The notes under the pieces were generated by a model, which was not told where the DNA came from, did no database searches, and worked only from the letters and a program-made list of their open reading frames with translations. Positions 12,994-25,422 of a DNA stretch of 64,000 nt are shown here, in pieces. A program made the position numbers and the translations under genes. The stretch covers positions 64,108,001-64,172,000 of the forward strand of contig NC_043006.1 of NCBI RefSeq assembly GCF_006345805.1. The letters run 5' to 3'. How positions within the stretch are numbered: position 1 is the first letter of the stretch; each line of letters starts with the position of its first letter. This DNA comes from Octopus sinensis (taxonomy: Eukaryota).

Positions 12994-14208
12994 GTGTGTG
13001 TGTGTGTGTGCGCGCGTTTTTATTGAAACCTATATATTGTCAGTTATTCCACAGTCTTGTAACTACGAGAAAAATTATACTCTGCTGAGGAGTTCCAGGA
13101 AGGCCGGAACTGTTCGGAGTTTGTTGTTGTTTTGATCTAGGTCAGTCCTGATCTGGAACAAGGCAACAACAAACACAGCGAAACACGAGAAGAGGGAAAA
13201 TACCACCAGCAAGACTTAGAGACATATTATAATTGAACAGGGAAGGTTTAGGGGGTAAAATCTGAAATCTTAAAAACCCGCGAAGTTCTCCAGTGGCATC
13301 AGATAGTCTGAAGGGAATTTCTAGAAGAGATTAGGATCTTGCCCTCCATCTGAGAGCGAAGAAGAGAGGAAGGAAATAGAGATTCAATAAACCCCTTTTC
13401 CTCTGAATAGTATCTCATATCTTCCATTGATACCCCCTTTTTTTGTTACGCACTATATCCTTCTCTACGTGCCACTAACTTCCGTCCCTGCCACTGTATA
13501 TCTTCTTTCTCCACCACACTTCCCGTCATTTCCACATCTCTCATGTATCAACGTTTTTATTAAGATGTTTGTTACTCTCAGACTCGCTTTTTATGCATTG
13601 CCAATTATCACTACCTCCTCCCTAACCCATTCCTTCCCTCAAACTGAGATTCACCATTGTCCACATCTCCACCCATGTTCGCCGTTCACTACATTCACTT
13701 CTCTCATTTCTACAATCTGTCACTCTCCTTTCACAATTTCGTGAACATATCCATCCAGTTGGCCCCGATTCTCTTTGCCCCAATTCTATCTTTATACACC
13801 TTTTTGTATCTTAAGTGTGCGCCCCGACATCTCATTTCCACTATTCTTTCTCCCTTTCCTGCTGTAATAGTCCTGTGTCTCCTCTACAGTAAGACACCCG
13901 CTCTTCATGCTTTAGCCTTCCGACATCAGGTACAAAATCACCCACCCTCAATTTGTTAAGGAGTCTGTTTTGCCAGTTATTTGGTGACTTCACTAGGTGA
14001 TGCCACGGAGGAAAATCCTCAAGTACGCTCTGTAAAGTGGTTGGCGCCAATAAGAGCATGAAGCTGTAGAAAACTTGTCAAAGTATACGTTGGAGCTCAA
14101 CGCGATCATTTAGTTTGCAGGATTATGACGGATGGACATTAAATGATGACTATATATATATAAATTAAATTAGAGATAAAACCACTATTAGGTAAATCAT
14201 ATATATAT

Positions 14209-14415
14209 ATAACGGTAAGCTTTATGAAAATAAACAAAAGACGAAGGCAGGTTTACGGAAATAAACAAAAGACGAAGGCAGGTGGAATACAAACAAACAA
14301 TTGTATTAGTATGGCGCTCAGGAAATATAAATGAAACAAGTCTTTAACGTTTCGAGCCTACGCTCTTTAACAGAAAGATACACAGAGAAAAAAAACACAG
14401 AAAGAAGGAGAATAT
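14209..14415 (-). mobile_element. Penelope-like element 3' terminal fragment with HHR-like motif
   Basis: Near copy of 33205-33385; ends in (TA)n; carries a local 25-bp duplication AAATAAACAAAAGACGAAGGCAGGT. Confidence 0.75.
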
Positions 14416-14664
14416 ATGAGAAAATAAAAATAAAACGAACGGGACAGTTTATGCGAACAAGTTCAAGGTTAGAAATGTATAGACGTCGTGGTATATATAT
14501 ATATATACCAAGTAAATTAGGGATTGTGGATCCAACCCACTAAGGGATAATACTTATCCAATATACTGTTGGCATAATGTGTATATGGATGTATGTTTAT
14601 ATTTATATATATTAAATTGTACGTGTAACCTGTTTCATGTATTTATATTTTGAAAGTTCTTTAT

Positions 14665-14792
14665 AATCTCTGACGAGGTCTATGGTTATATATAAGTACC
14701 CCGTTTTTAAATGCCTACAACCTCAATATAATTGACAACTATTGGCACAGAAAAAAACTACTTTTATCCAAGGGTGAAACAGCTGTAAGAGT
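14665..14792 (+). ncRNA. Degenerate type I hammerhead ribozyme in PLE-type terminal repeat
   Basis: CTGACGA 14670-14676; long, imperfectly paired helix II; GAA 14776-14778; palindromic helix III ACAGCTGT 14779-14786; H=A 14787; helix I TCT/AGA only 3 bp. Confidence 0.45.
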
Positions 14793-16352
14793 GATTTTAA
14801 TGATTTCAATAATTTATATTAAGATTTTATAATTGTATTCTTATCTTAAATGTATTGAATTTTAATGTATATATGTATGTTATTATGGTTCTCGTTTTTG
14901 TTAAATAAATAAATAAGTCAACATTCTAATATCCTAAAGCTGATGAGCCAACTAAATTGTTTCTCCATTTTCTTATTTGTATTATATATATATATATATA
15001 TACAGAAAGAGAGAGAGAGTAATTATATGCGCAGAAAAACATGAGATGTGTGTACGTATGTGTGTGTGAAGAAAGAGAAGAGAGACAGACTGGCACGCCT
15101 GTGCGCGCGTGCACAATAAAACATAAACACGCCAACTCGAACGTAACATGACGATGGCAGCTTGTTACATCAGATGATGTATTTAGACACATTGTGAAAA
15201 CACCATGCAAAAAGCACTGTCACCCCTCTCTCCACACGCACGCACATACGCACGTGTATATACATATATGCGTGTATATAGGCATGTATACTACACTCAC
15301 TCATTTACGGTCATCTATTAGCTATTGAGTTTTGCCAGCTCTTGTTTTCAAGCAGACACCAATGGCTGGCTACACCTACCAACCCACTTTCCTCAGTGTT
15401 TTCCCAACCTACGCATCCTGTCAGAGCCACCGACAGAGCTTACTTTCAATGTGGTCGTTCGACCTGCTAGAAATAAGAGCCATATCTTTGTAAAACGACA
15501 ATGTACCCGCAGTGTACATACAACAGGCTTGTACACTGTACAATATAGTACAATAAAGCACACTATCTGAAAACAAATCTGATTGGGGACAGCTAATAAA
15601 TCGCTGATCATACATCAGGGGTCAAACAACAACAATAATAGTTTTTAACATAGACACACGGCCATGAATTTTAAGGGGAAGAAAGGGTCGATTATTTTGA
15701 CGTCAGGACTTGACTGTACTCTTTCTATTAACCTCGGAAGAATGCAAGGTAAAGTTGGCCCAGGTGGGTTTGAACATTAGGACAACTTGCATTTTTGCTT
15801 ATTCTGCCTAACTCAAAACTCTTATCAATTCATTTGCCACAAACAAGTACAACGTAAATATAAACCGCGAAAACCCAAAAGGTTGATAAGTTTTACTAAG
15901 GCCCAAGGAATTCACTCTAATGTAGGACTGTTGGGTAGGTTATCGAGCCCCACCCCACTGGTATGAAGGACAAACTCGAGTTCAGTGATCTGAACATCCA
16001 ACAACAAACCAATAATGACACAAACCCACAAATTTGGAGGGAAAACAGATTGAATTTTCTTTTTCTTTTCTTTTTTTTTTTTTTAAAACACTAACATTGC
16101 CTTATACGCGGATGATTGTGGCTGTGAATTACTGCATGAAAAACGAAAAACCACTGGTTTTTTCTTTTTGTTTTTGCAACAAGAACACCTAATAAGAGAC
16201 ATTTCAAAAACAAAGCCGCAAACATTTATTTTACATTTAATTAGTCATTAGATACAGATATAAATATACACCTATACATGTGTGCGCGCGCGCGCGTAGA
16301 TAAATTTGGTGATGCAAACAGGAAAATAGAACTAACACAATAACTTCTGCCG

Positions 16353-16387
<35 letters not shown>

Positions 16388-16894
16388 ACACACGAACGCG
16401 TTAAGAGATGCGTGGCTTAATTCTCGTCAAAAGTTCGTTGCTAATTTTCTATCTTAAATTATTACTTACAAAATATATACCAGTTGTATAAATATATAAA
16501 AGCCTTTGAAATATTTAATCTAAAAAATATGCTCACAAGCACAAAGTTTTCTACGTTTAAACTCGTCTAAGTGTGAACGAACATTTGTAGTGTAAAAAAA
16601 AAAAATTGGGACAAAAATGAAATAAACAACAAATTAAAGATACATATTTATTATTCCGTAGTTTCAGAAGCCATTTCTATGGCAAAAGATTTAGTTTGCA
16701 TTTGTGAGATGGATGGAAATTAAACAATTTAATCGTGGGAGAGTTTGCAACTATCAATATTATATTCGCACACTTGTATCAACTTATACTTTTATTTTTG
16801 CAAAAACATTAATAGAAATCAAGCATTTTCTCGTACACCTACCACCTGATCACTAGGACACACATACACACACACACATATATATATATATATA

Positions 16895-16950
<56 letters not shown>

Positions 16951-18148
16951 CAATTACATCGCTGCAGAGGGTACTTCAGATACATCTAGTAAAATAGTCT
17001 TTGTACTTTAGTAATTTGTAATATGTATTAAAAGTCTTTCGCTCTACATCGACGACTGAGTCGCTGCCGTTGTCTTACTTTCACTTGAGATATTTTAAAG
17101 AAATGAGCGAAGAAACGAATGGAAGGAAATCATTAGAAGAAGCAGAGAAAAAAAAAATATTGCAAAAGTAGGAATGATGACGAAACGAATGAACGTAGGA
17201 ACGCACGAGAATGAAGGCTGAAGATATGAGAACGAGGTAAATAAGATTTAAAAAGCGGAACGAGAAAGGATGGAGAAGACAAAGTGGACGAATATCCTTA
17301 TAGATAGAGAGAAAAGAATTTAATACACACACACACACACTTTCATTTACGAGAGGTAAATTTAGACGTATGTGTGTCTGTACAAACACGCACAGGCGTG
17401 CAGAAATTCGTAAATTATACATATTCATATGCAATTATTTTCGCATTTATGCACACATATGTCCACGTGTGATATACGCGTGTGACGCATCTGATATCGT
17501 TTCCGAATGATATATATATATTATTACATTAGAAGAAAGAGTAAAAAACAATCTAAAAATAAAATTAAAATAAATCAATAATTTCTCCAATTACCACGTC
17601 TTAAATTTCTAGGATGGGGCACAGTCGATTAAATCGACCACGATGCATTACTGCTCTCTCTCATATACATTGCATATGGATGGTATGTGTATGTGTGCAC
17701 GTGCGTTTCGGGGTGTATATACACACACACACGAGAGAGAGAGAGAGAGACTGCGCAGTCACACGATCTTAGCTAAATATCCTTCAAATCAGAACACCCT
17801 GCCATTTTAAAAGTTGAAAAAAGAAAAAGACACTTGGAACGACATAGTCCCGTGTTCCCTACAAGCAGAAGCGCTTTAATTTAAATGCCTGCCCGATTGG
17901 GGTTGACCTAGGGCTGAACAACAACAACAACAACAACTGATCTATGTTATTATACCGCTCCCAGAACAATGAACTTTTTAGCAGAGTTGCAAGCATTCGA
18001 ACCAGACGTGAAGCAAACTCAGTCTCTCCCTCCCCTCACCCGCATTTTTTTCTGCAGATGTTCAGACTGGGCATCAGCTGCCTCGATGTCATCAATCTAA
18101 GGTTTGCAATGGTCATGCTTACTGTACCGCCTCCTCTGGCTCCCCCTT

Positions 18149-18605
<457 letters not shown>

Positions 18606-18606
18606 A

Positions 18607-18615
18607 GTGTCACTG

Positions 18616-18673
<58 letters not shown>

Positions 18674-18715
18674 CATATATATATACATATATAATATATA
18701 CATATATATATATAC

Positions 18716-18764
<49 letters not shown>

Positions 18765-18812
18765 CACATATATATATATATACATTATATATATACATAT
18801 ACATATATATAC

Positions 18813-18844
<32 letters not shown>

Positions 18845-18846
18845 AC

Positions 18847-18880
<34 letters not shown>

Positions 18881-18895
18881 ATATACACACACACA
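18607..18895. repeat. ~290-bp compound (TA)n/(TACA) microsatellite
   Basis: Direct inspection; explains the (YI)n ORFs on both strands. Confidence 0.95.
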
Positions 18896-18896
18896 A

Positions 18897-19289
18897 GGCG
18901 CAGGAGTAGCTTTGTGGTAAGTAGCTTGCCACATGGTTCCGTGTTCAGTCCCACTGCCTGGCACCTTGGGCAAATGTCATCTACTATAGCATCGGACCGA
19001 CCAAAGCCGTGTGAGTGGATTTGGTAGACGGAAACTGAAAGAAGCTTGTCGTATATATATATATATTTATATATACATATGTATATATCTGTGTGTGTTT
19101 TCCCCCCTCCCCCCAACATCACTTGACACCGATGCTGGTGTGTTTACGTCCCTATAACTTAGCGGTTCGGCAAAAAGAGACCGATAGAATAAGTACTAGG
19201 CTTACAAAGAACAAGTCCTGGGGTCGATTTGCTCGACAAAAGGCGGTGCTCCATCATGGCCGCAGTCATATGACTGAAACAAATAAGAG
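18897..19289 (+). mobile_element. SINE family B, full length
   Basis: GGCGCAGGAGTAGCTTTGTGG head through GACTGAAACAAATAAGAG tail. Confidence 0.9.
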
Positions 19290-19319
19290 TATACATACAT
19301 ATATATATATATATATAGT

Positions 19320-19530
19320 CTTTTACTTGTTTCAGTCATTTGACTGCGGCCATGCTGGAGCACCGCCTTAAAGGATGTTAGTCGAAGAAATCAACCCCAG
19401 GATTTATTCTTTGTAAGCCTAGTACTTTTTCTATCGGTTTAAGTCGAACGAAACTACTCCAGGACTTTTTCTATCGATGTTTTATGCTGAGCCGCTAAGT
19501 TACGGGGACGTATACTCACCAACACTGGCA
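19320..19530 (-). mobile_element. SINE family B 3' half, tail-to-tail with the previous copy
   Basis: Reverse complement of 19130-19289, separated from it by a 30-nt TA-rich spacer. Confidence 0.85.
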
Positions 19531-19602
19531 CTCCTTTTCATTTTCTGTCCACTGCACATTAAATAAATAATAATAAATAATGATGATGATAATAATAATA
19601 AT

Positions 19603-19816
19603 CTTCTCTACTCTATGCACAAGGCCTGAAATTTGGTGGGAGGGGGCCAATCGATTAGATCGACCCAGTACACAACTGGTGTTTAATTTATCGACCCCGA
19701 AAGGATGAAAGGCAAAGTCGACTTCGGCGGAATTTGAACTCAAAACGTACAGACGAACTAAATGCAGCTAAGCATTTTGCCCGCCATGCTAACAATTCTG
19801 CCAGCTCGCCGCCTTC

Positions 19817-19853
<37 letters not shown>

Positions 19854-19960
19854 CCTTTTTAATATAGGCACAAAGGCCTGAAATTTGTGGGGAGTGGGAT
19901 AGTCGATTACATCGACCCTAGTACTCAACTGGTACTTATTTTGTCGACCCCGAAAGGATG
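19603..19960 (-). mobile_element. Two tandem SINE family A copies (full plus 3' fragment) separated by (AAT)n
   Basis: 19603-19816 has head AAGGCGGCGAGCTGGCAG and B box GAGTTCAAATTCC; 19855-19960 repeats the 3' part. Confidence 0.85.
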
Positions 19961-20552
19961 AATATATAATATATAAGCAATAAGCTGGATAATGGCTACA
20001 AATGTTGGGAATAGTCTGGCTGTCAATCCTGAAAGAAACACGAGTCGAACCCTATGATTTTTTTTTATAACCCAAAAGGTAAATATGTAAAGGGACGTAA
20101 CTAGATATCGAAAGGGGTTTTTTTTTTTCCTTTTAAATGTGATGATTAATAAGTTACAAAACCACAAGTATTTGAGGGCGGGGAAGGTTATAATGGATTA
20201 TAACGACGATCGATATAATACATATAAGGTCGATAATCAACCGCTCTGGGGGTTCCCAGGTATAATCGATTTTATCGATCTGGGCAAGAGCGGGACTCTG
20301 CGAGGGCGTCTGGTTGCTCTACAGTTTGTACTCCCCTAGGACATTTGAAGGAAAAACAAACTTTCTGATTATAGGTAGACACAGATACGTTAGGCATCGG
20401 GATTTTATTGTCGATTATACTTATCTACTTGATTAGTAAGCATTTTATCGAGATAATCGTTGTTATCTTTACTATTGTTGTTGTTGCCGCTGTAGTGCAG
20501 TGCACCCCCCACCCCCAAAAAACCCACCCCTTTTTATTTTACTTTATTTTAT

Positions 20553-20913
20553 TTTTCTACACAGACCCCCGTTTTCGGCTACGGTGAATACGAATTTGCA
20601 AAAAAAAAAAGGCAAAAATCGGCATTTTGAAATTACTCCCCCACCTCTCCCCAATTTCTTCATTTTAAACTTTTTTCAGAAATTTTTTTTTCAAAATATA
20701 CGGAAAAATATGGAGAATATAATTGTGAAAAAAATTTCCAAAAATTTTTCTAGTTAGGGTTAGGGTGAGGGTTGGGGTTTTTAGGGTTACAGTTAGAGAA
20801 AAAAATGAAAAATGAAGAAATTGGGGGAGAGGTGGGGGCCAAGAAATTTTAAAATCCCGATTTTTGGCAATTTCCCGGAATCTCCGTATCCGAAAATGGG
20901 GTTTATGGAAAAA
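20553..20913. mobile_element. MITE with ~95-bp imperfect TIRs and internal (TTAGGG)-like repeats
   Basis: AGACCCCCGTTTTCGGCTACGG...CACCTCTCCCCAATTTCTTCATTTT mirrored by AAAATGAAGAAATTGGGGGAGAGGTG...CCGTATCCGAAAATGGGGTTT. Confidence 0.7.
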
Positions 20914-21534
20914 AACATTGCGAGAAAATGGGGTGACGGGAGGAAGTCTTTACCCCAACCATTTTACTGACCAGTGGACCCTTTTGGTTCCTATTTTAGT
21001 TAGGTGAGCCCTCATATGCGATCAATGTTTAAGAAATCCTATTATCGTTTTATAACTGAATATTATTAGAATAGTATAAAAAAATGTTGAAATGTTTTGT
21101 GTATTGTCTAACCGATTTTATTGCACAGACATTTTATATGGATCCCCAAGTGTCATATGGACCCACCCACCCCACCCCGACCAAGGGTCATGCGGACCTT
21201 GGTTGAGAAGCATTCCTGTAGAGGATGCTGCTTTTATGCTTGTGATTTTGTCCATGTAGTTTAAACCCCAGGTCTATCCTAATCCAGCCGTAACCAACCC
21301 ATACTCTGTTTTTATCATTACCAGCAGAAGGAACACCAAAGCCCATCCGAGCTCGATTTCAACTCAGAATTCATTCATGGTGGTGGTGGTGGTGGTCCTC
21401 TCTTCCCCCATTTTCTGTCGGAAGATCCTAATAGAACTCACGATGCGTCGGCAAAAGAAACATTTATCAGCTACAATAGTGAATGGTTGAAGGTGCCGCA
21501 GCGATAGGAAAAGTAACTAAATACTGTAAATGAG

Positions 21535-21880
21535 TGCAGGCACAGCTGTGGTAAGAAGTTTGCTTCCCAACCACATGGTCCTGGGTTCGGTCCCACTGCG
21601 TGGCACCCTGGGTCGACTAAAGGTTTCTGAGTGGATTTTTGGTAGACAAAAACTGAAAGAAGCACGTCGTGTATGTGTGTGCGTATGACCACCGCTTGAC
21701 AACCGGTGTTGGTGTGTTAACGTTCCCGTAACTTAACAGTTCGGTAAAAGAGACTGATAGCATAAGTACCAGGCTAAAAAATAATAATAATAATAAATAC
21801 TGACATCAATTCGTTCGACCAAGATTCTTCAAGGCGGTGCCCCAGCATGGCCGCATTCTAATGACTGAAACCAGTGAATA
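21535..21880 (+). mobile_element. SINE family B
   Basis: Head GCAGGCACAGCTGTGGTAAG, tail GCCCCAGCATGGCCGCATTCTAATGACTGAAAC. Confidence 0.85.
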
Positions 21881-22548
21881 ACAAATAAAGGAAATCCGTT
21901 TAGTATATCAATCAGTCAACCATGTCTGTCTCATAACAAAAAAAAAAACAATACCACCACCGCCGCCGCCACAATCATCATCATCATCATCACCACCACC
22001 ACCATCATCTAGCTTCTACCCAACATGACACACTTCACTATCGACCCTTGTCCACCCACAATCGCTCGCATGCAATATAAAAACTAATATTAATGATTTC
22101 TTTTTACATCATACAGAGATGACCTGTTTCATTCACACTCCGACAATCTTTTTTACTTTTATTATTACTGTGGTCGCCGCAGTGATTGCTATTGGTATAG
22201 TTATGATTTTGTGTAGGTTGTTTTAAACCCTAGCTCTATCATAAGCCACTAATAACCATCCCATCCCATCCCCTTGTTTCATTTCTTTAGACAGTATATC
22301 AAAGACTGCATTGTTCAATATATCTTTCCTCTTATCAAAATAGCATGATATAATTTCAAACGATTTTGGCTGCTATTTCTAGCAGGTTCAGCTACCACAC
22401 AGGAGTTCCTTGACAGGATTCCTGCTTTGGTTTTTGTTGTTGATTTAACCATCATCTCGGTTTTTTTTTTTTTTATTCACCTTGGCCATCAGTTATGAAA
22501 AACAAGCACACTCACGCAACAAGTCACAAGCAAATACACACATATCTA

Positions 22549-22863
22549 CAGTGGCGGACTGGGTCTAAAAATATTGGTTGCCAGGAGACTAAGGGGGCCC
22601 ACCCGCAACTACAATGCTATCGTTTAATTTTTCTTTTTTGTTTTTGTTTTTGTTTTTTTTTTGTTGAAAGTATTCTTTTCAACTGTCAACAGACACAGCC
22701 AGGCTGAAATAGTTAATGCATTCTTCCAGGAGTGAATAAAAAATTATCAAACTTGAGGGGATGGGCCCCTTAGATACTAACATAGGTCCCCATATATGGA
22801 TTGTAATGGCGCAGGGGCACACTGGCCAAAGGGCAAGCTGACAACATGGCCGGTCCGCCAGTG
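22549..22863. mobile_element. hAT-type MITE
   Basis: TIR CAGTGGCGGACTGG versus CACTGGCGGACCGG (reverse complement of right end); 8-bp TSD CATATCTA/CATGTCTA (7/8). Confidence 0.8.
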
Positions 22864-22909
22864 CATGTCTATTTACACAGATGATACATTTCTCACTAAA
22901 TGTACAAAT

Positions 22910-22947
<38 letters not shown>

Positions 22948-23035
22948 ACACACTTCAGATATATATGTGCCAGCACTTACAAGTAGACATCGATACACAT
23001 AAAATGCATACAATACAAGCTGTTACCTATCAAGA

Positions 23036-23109
<74 letters not shown>

Positions 23110-23112
<3 letters not shown>

Positions 23113-23255
23113 CAACTGATGAGGGTCGTTCTTTATGTTTTTTGTCTTGTTTTCCATTTGTTCTTTCGTTGTTCGAAAAAAGTTCACATTCCATGTACTC
23201 GTACTTTTTGTTGTTGTTGTACATGTTTCAAGACGTCCTGTGCCCACATATGCAT
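23110..23255 (+). repeat. Dispersed repeat family F (unclassified)
   Basis: CAACTGATGAGGG...TTCTTTATGTT...GTTGTTCGAAAAAAGTTC...TGTGCCCACATATGCAT; homologous to 46705-46860(-). Confidence 0.55.
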
Positions 23256-23266
23256 ATATATATATA

Positions 23267-23306
<40 letters not shown>

Positions 23307-23510
23307 TTGAAGTAGATAAATGAATTATCTTATTACGGATATTCAAATGATAACCGATACCTGGGTAGCAAAAATCACAACAGAAAAAGCACGGTTTTAG
23401 GTTACGACCATGGGGCCTAAACTCCGTGCCTTAGTGCGGAAATTTGAAGTTTTATATATTTAGTATAGGGAAAATGAGCTGAACGAAGATTAACAAAATT
23501 CCTTTTTATT

Positions 23511-23595
23511 ATTTTCTACATATGTTTCAAACTGCAAAGTATCCTAATTCGGATTGAATAAGGAGTCCATTTTGCAGCCTTCTCTTCAGGAAAAT
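23511..23595 (-). ncRNA. Type I hammerhead ribozyme (left arm; helix II 3' strand lacks CC)
   Basis: Minus strand ATTTTC-CTGAAGA-GAAGGCTGCAAA...TTTGCAGTTT-GAA-ACATATGT-A-GAAAAT. Confidence 0.75.
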
Positions 23596-23948
23596 CCAGG
23601 AACTTAATTCTCCAACAAAATGCACAGCAAGCTTTTCGACAAACGCTCACGAGGAGCCCATGGAATAAGCCTTCTCTTCAGGAAAATCCAGGAACTTAAT
23701 TCTCCAACAAAATGCACAGCAAGCTTTTCGACAAACGCTCACGAGGAGCCCATGGAATAAAATTTTTATTCCATGGGTCCTCGTGAGCGTTTGTCGAAAA
23801 GCTTGCTGTGCATTTTTGGAGAATTAAGTTCCTGATTTCCTGAAGAGAAGGCTTATTCCATGGGCTCCTCGTTTTTATTCCATGGGCTCCTCGTGAGCGT
23901 TTGTCGAAAAGCTTGCTGTGGCATTTTGTTGGAGAATTAAGTTCCTGG

Positions 23949-24034
23949 ATTTTCCTGAAGAGAAGGCTGCAAAATGGACTCCTTATTCAATCCGAATTAG
24001 GGACTTTGCAGCCTTTGAAACATATGTAGAAAAT
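23949..24034 (+). ncRNA. Type I hammerhead ribozyme (canonical core)
   Basis: Helix I ATTTTC(23949-23954)/GAAAAT(24029-24034); core CTGAAGA 23955-23961; helix II G-AAGGCTGCAAA/TTTGCAGCCTT-T; GAA 24017-24019; palindromic helix III ACATATGT 24020-24027; predicted cleavage after GUA (A24028). Confidence 0.88.
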
Positions 24035-24084
24035 AATAAAAAGGAATTTTGTTAAATCTTCGTTCAGCTCCATTTCTTCCTATA

Positions 24085-24123
<39 letters not shown>

Positions 24124-24204
24124 CACATACGTATAAGTGTATGTACATATACGTACACAATATGAATATATATTTATATATTATATATATATATTCCTTT
24201 TTAT

Positions 24205-24383
24205 TTTTTTCTTTCACTTGTTTCAGTCAGTTGACTGCGGCCATGATAGAGCACCGCCCTTTAGTCGAACAAATCAATCTTTGTAAGCCTAGTACTTATT
24301 CTATCGGTCTCTTTTGCCGAACCACTAGAGTACGGGGACGTAAATATGCCAACATCGGTTGACAAGCGATGGTAGGGGGACAA

Positions 24384-24426
<43 letters not shown>

Positions 24427-24590
24427 GGTATATGTATAGGACAGGCTTCTTTCAGTTTCCGTCTACCAAATCCAGTCATAAGGATCTGATCGGCCTGATT
24501 GCTACAGTAGAAAACCTTTGTCCAAGGTGCCACACAGTGGGATTGAACCCGGAACCATTTGGTTGGTAAGCAAGCTTTTTACCACACATC
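24205..24590 (-). mobile_element. SINE family B
   Basis: Full family B body with internal (CA)n(TA)n. Confidence 0.85.
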
Positions 24591-24591
24591 C

Positions 24592-24622
<31 letters not shown>

Positions 24623-24796
24623 CATGCAGGCAGGCAGGCAGACAGACGCACTCTTGTACGTGTGTCCCATGAATGCCTACGGGCGTGTGATTGTTCTTGT
24701 TCATGTAATAACTAGTCCGTGATTGCTCATGTTTAGGTGCTAACTGACTTGTGGTTATGTAATACTGTTGTTGAACACCAGGTCAATATTCTTTTC

Positions 24797-25000
24797 TACT
24801 CTAGGCACAAGGCCGGAAATTTTGAGGGAGGGGACCAGACGATTAGATCAACCCCAGTACGCAACTGGTACTTAATTTATCGACCCCGAATGGATGAAAG
24901 GCAAAGTCGACCACGTTGGAATTTGAACTTAGAACGTAAAGACAGACGAAATACCACGAAGCATTTCGCCCGACATGCTAACTTTTCTGTCAGCACGCCG
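24797..25000 (-). mobile_element. SINE family A
   Basis: Body and CCTTGTGCCTAGAGTAGAAAAG-type tail on the minus strand. Confidence 0.8.
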
Positions 25001-25422
25001 CGTTACTGGCCAAAGGTCAATATTGACTAAGCAAAAGCAAGCCTATGGCCAACGGCGTTTCACCCATGACCATCCCATCTATTTAAATTTCAGAGACTAG
25101 ATATTCAACGTATTCCAACGTTTCTCTTCATTTTTTTAAAGACAAGATATGATTTGAGGGAACTTTGCCTGCTGTTTCTAGGTAATCGAGCGGCCAAGTT
25201 GGGGGCTTCCTCTTCAGTTTGTAGTATAATGCAATTCACATGTGTGCGGGCGTAAAATTGTACCGTTTTGTATAGGAGTGTGTTCCGTTTGCAGAATATT
25301 TATGTCGTTGCGTACGTATGAGACAGACAGATGGGAGATACAAGAGAGGATTGTTAAGGCTGGAACATCTTTAAATATAAGTTTAACTCGATTAGGACCG
25401 ACAGCAATAATGAGACGAACTA

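Larger units (their letters stand above)
23454..24094. repeat. ~640-bp spacerless palindrome of PLE-type terminal repeats with internal tandem duplications
   Basis: Centre GGAATAAAA|TTTTTATTCC at ~23762. Left arm has an exact 92-bp tandem duplication (23577-23668, 23669-23760), mirrored in the right arm with small indels and an extra ~20-bp partial unit. Confidence 0.95.

Noticed and set aside
13220-14030. Degraded PLE or LINE N-terminal coding region
   Set aside because: Its composition is suggestive, but no diagnostic motif could be read in any frame.
20752-20790. Interstitial telomere or chromosome fusion site
   Set aside because: Only 2-4 degenerate units, located inside a MITE.
23110-23255. 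Family F CTGATGA/CTGAAGA as a hammerhead
   Set aside because: No GAAA-helix III at the right spacing in either copy (23117, ~46850).
23577-23760. CRISPR-like repeat array
   Set aside because: Eukaryotic context; two identical adjacent 92-bp units without spacers.
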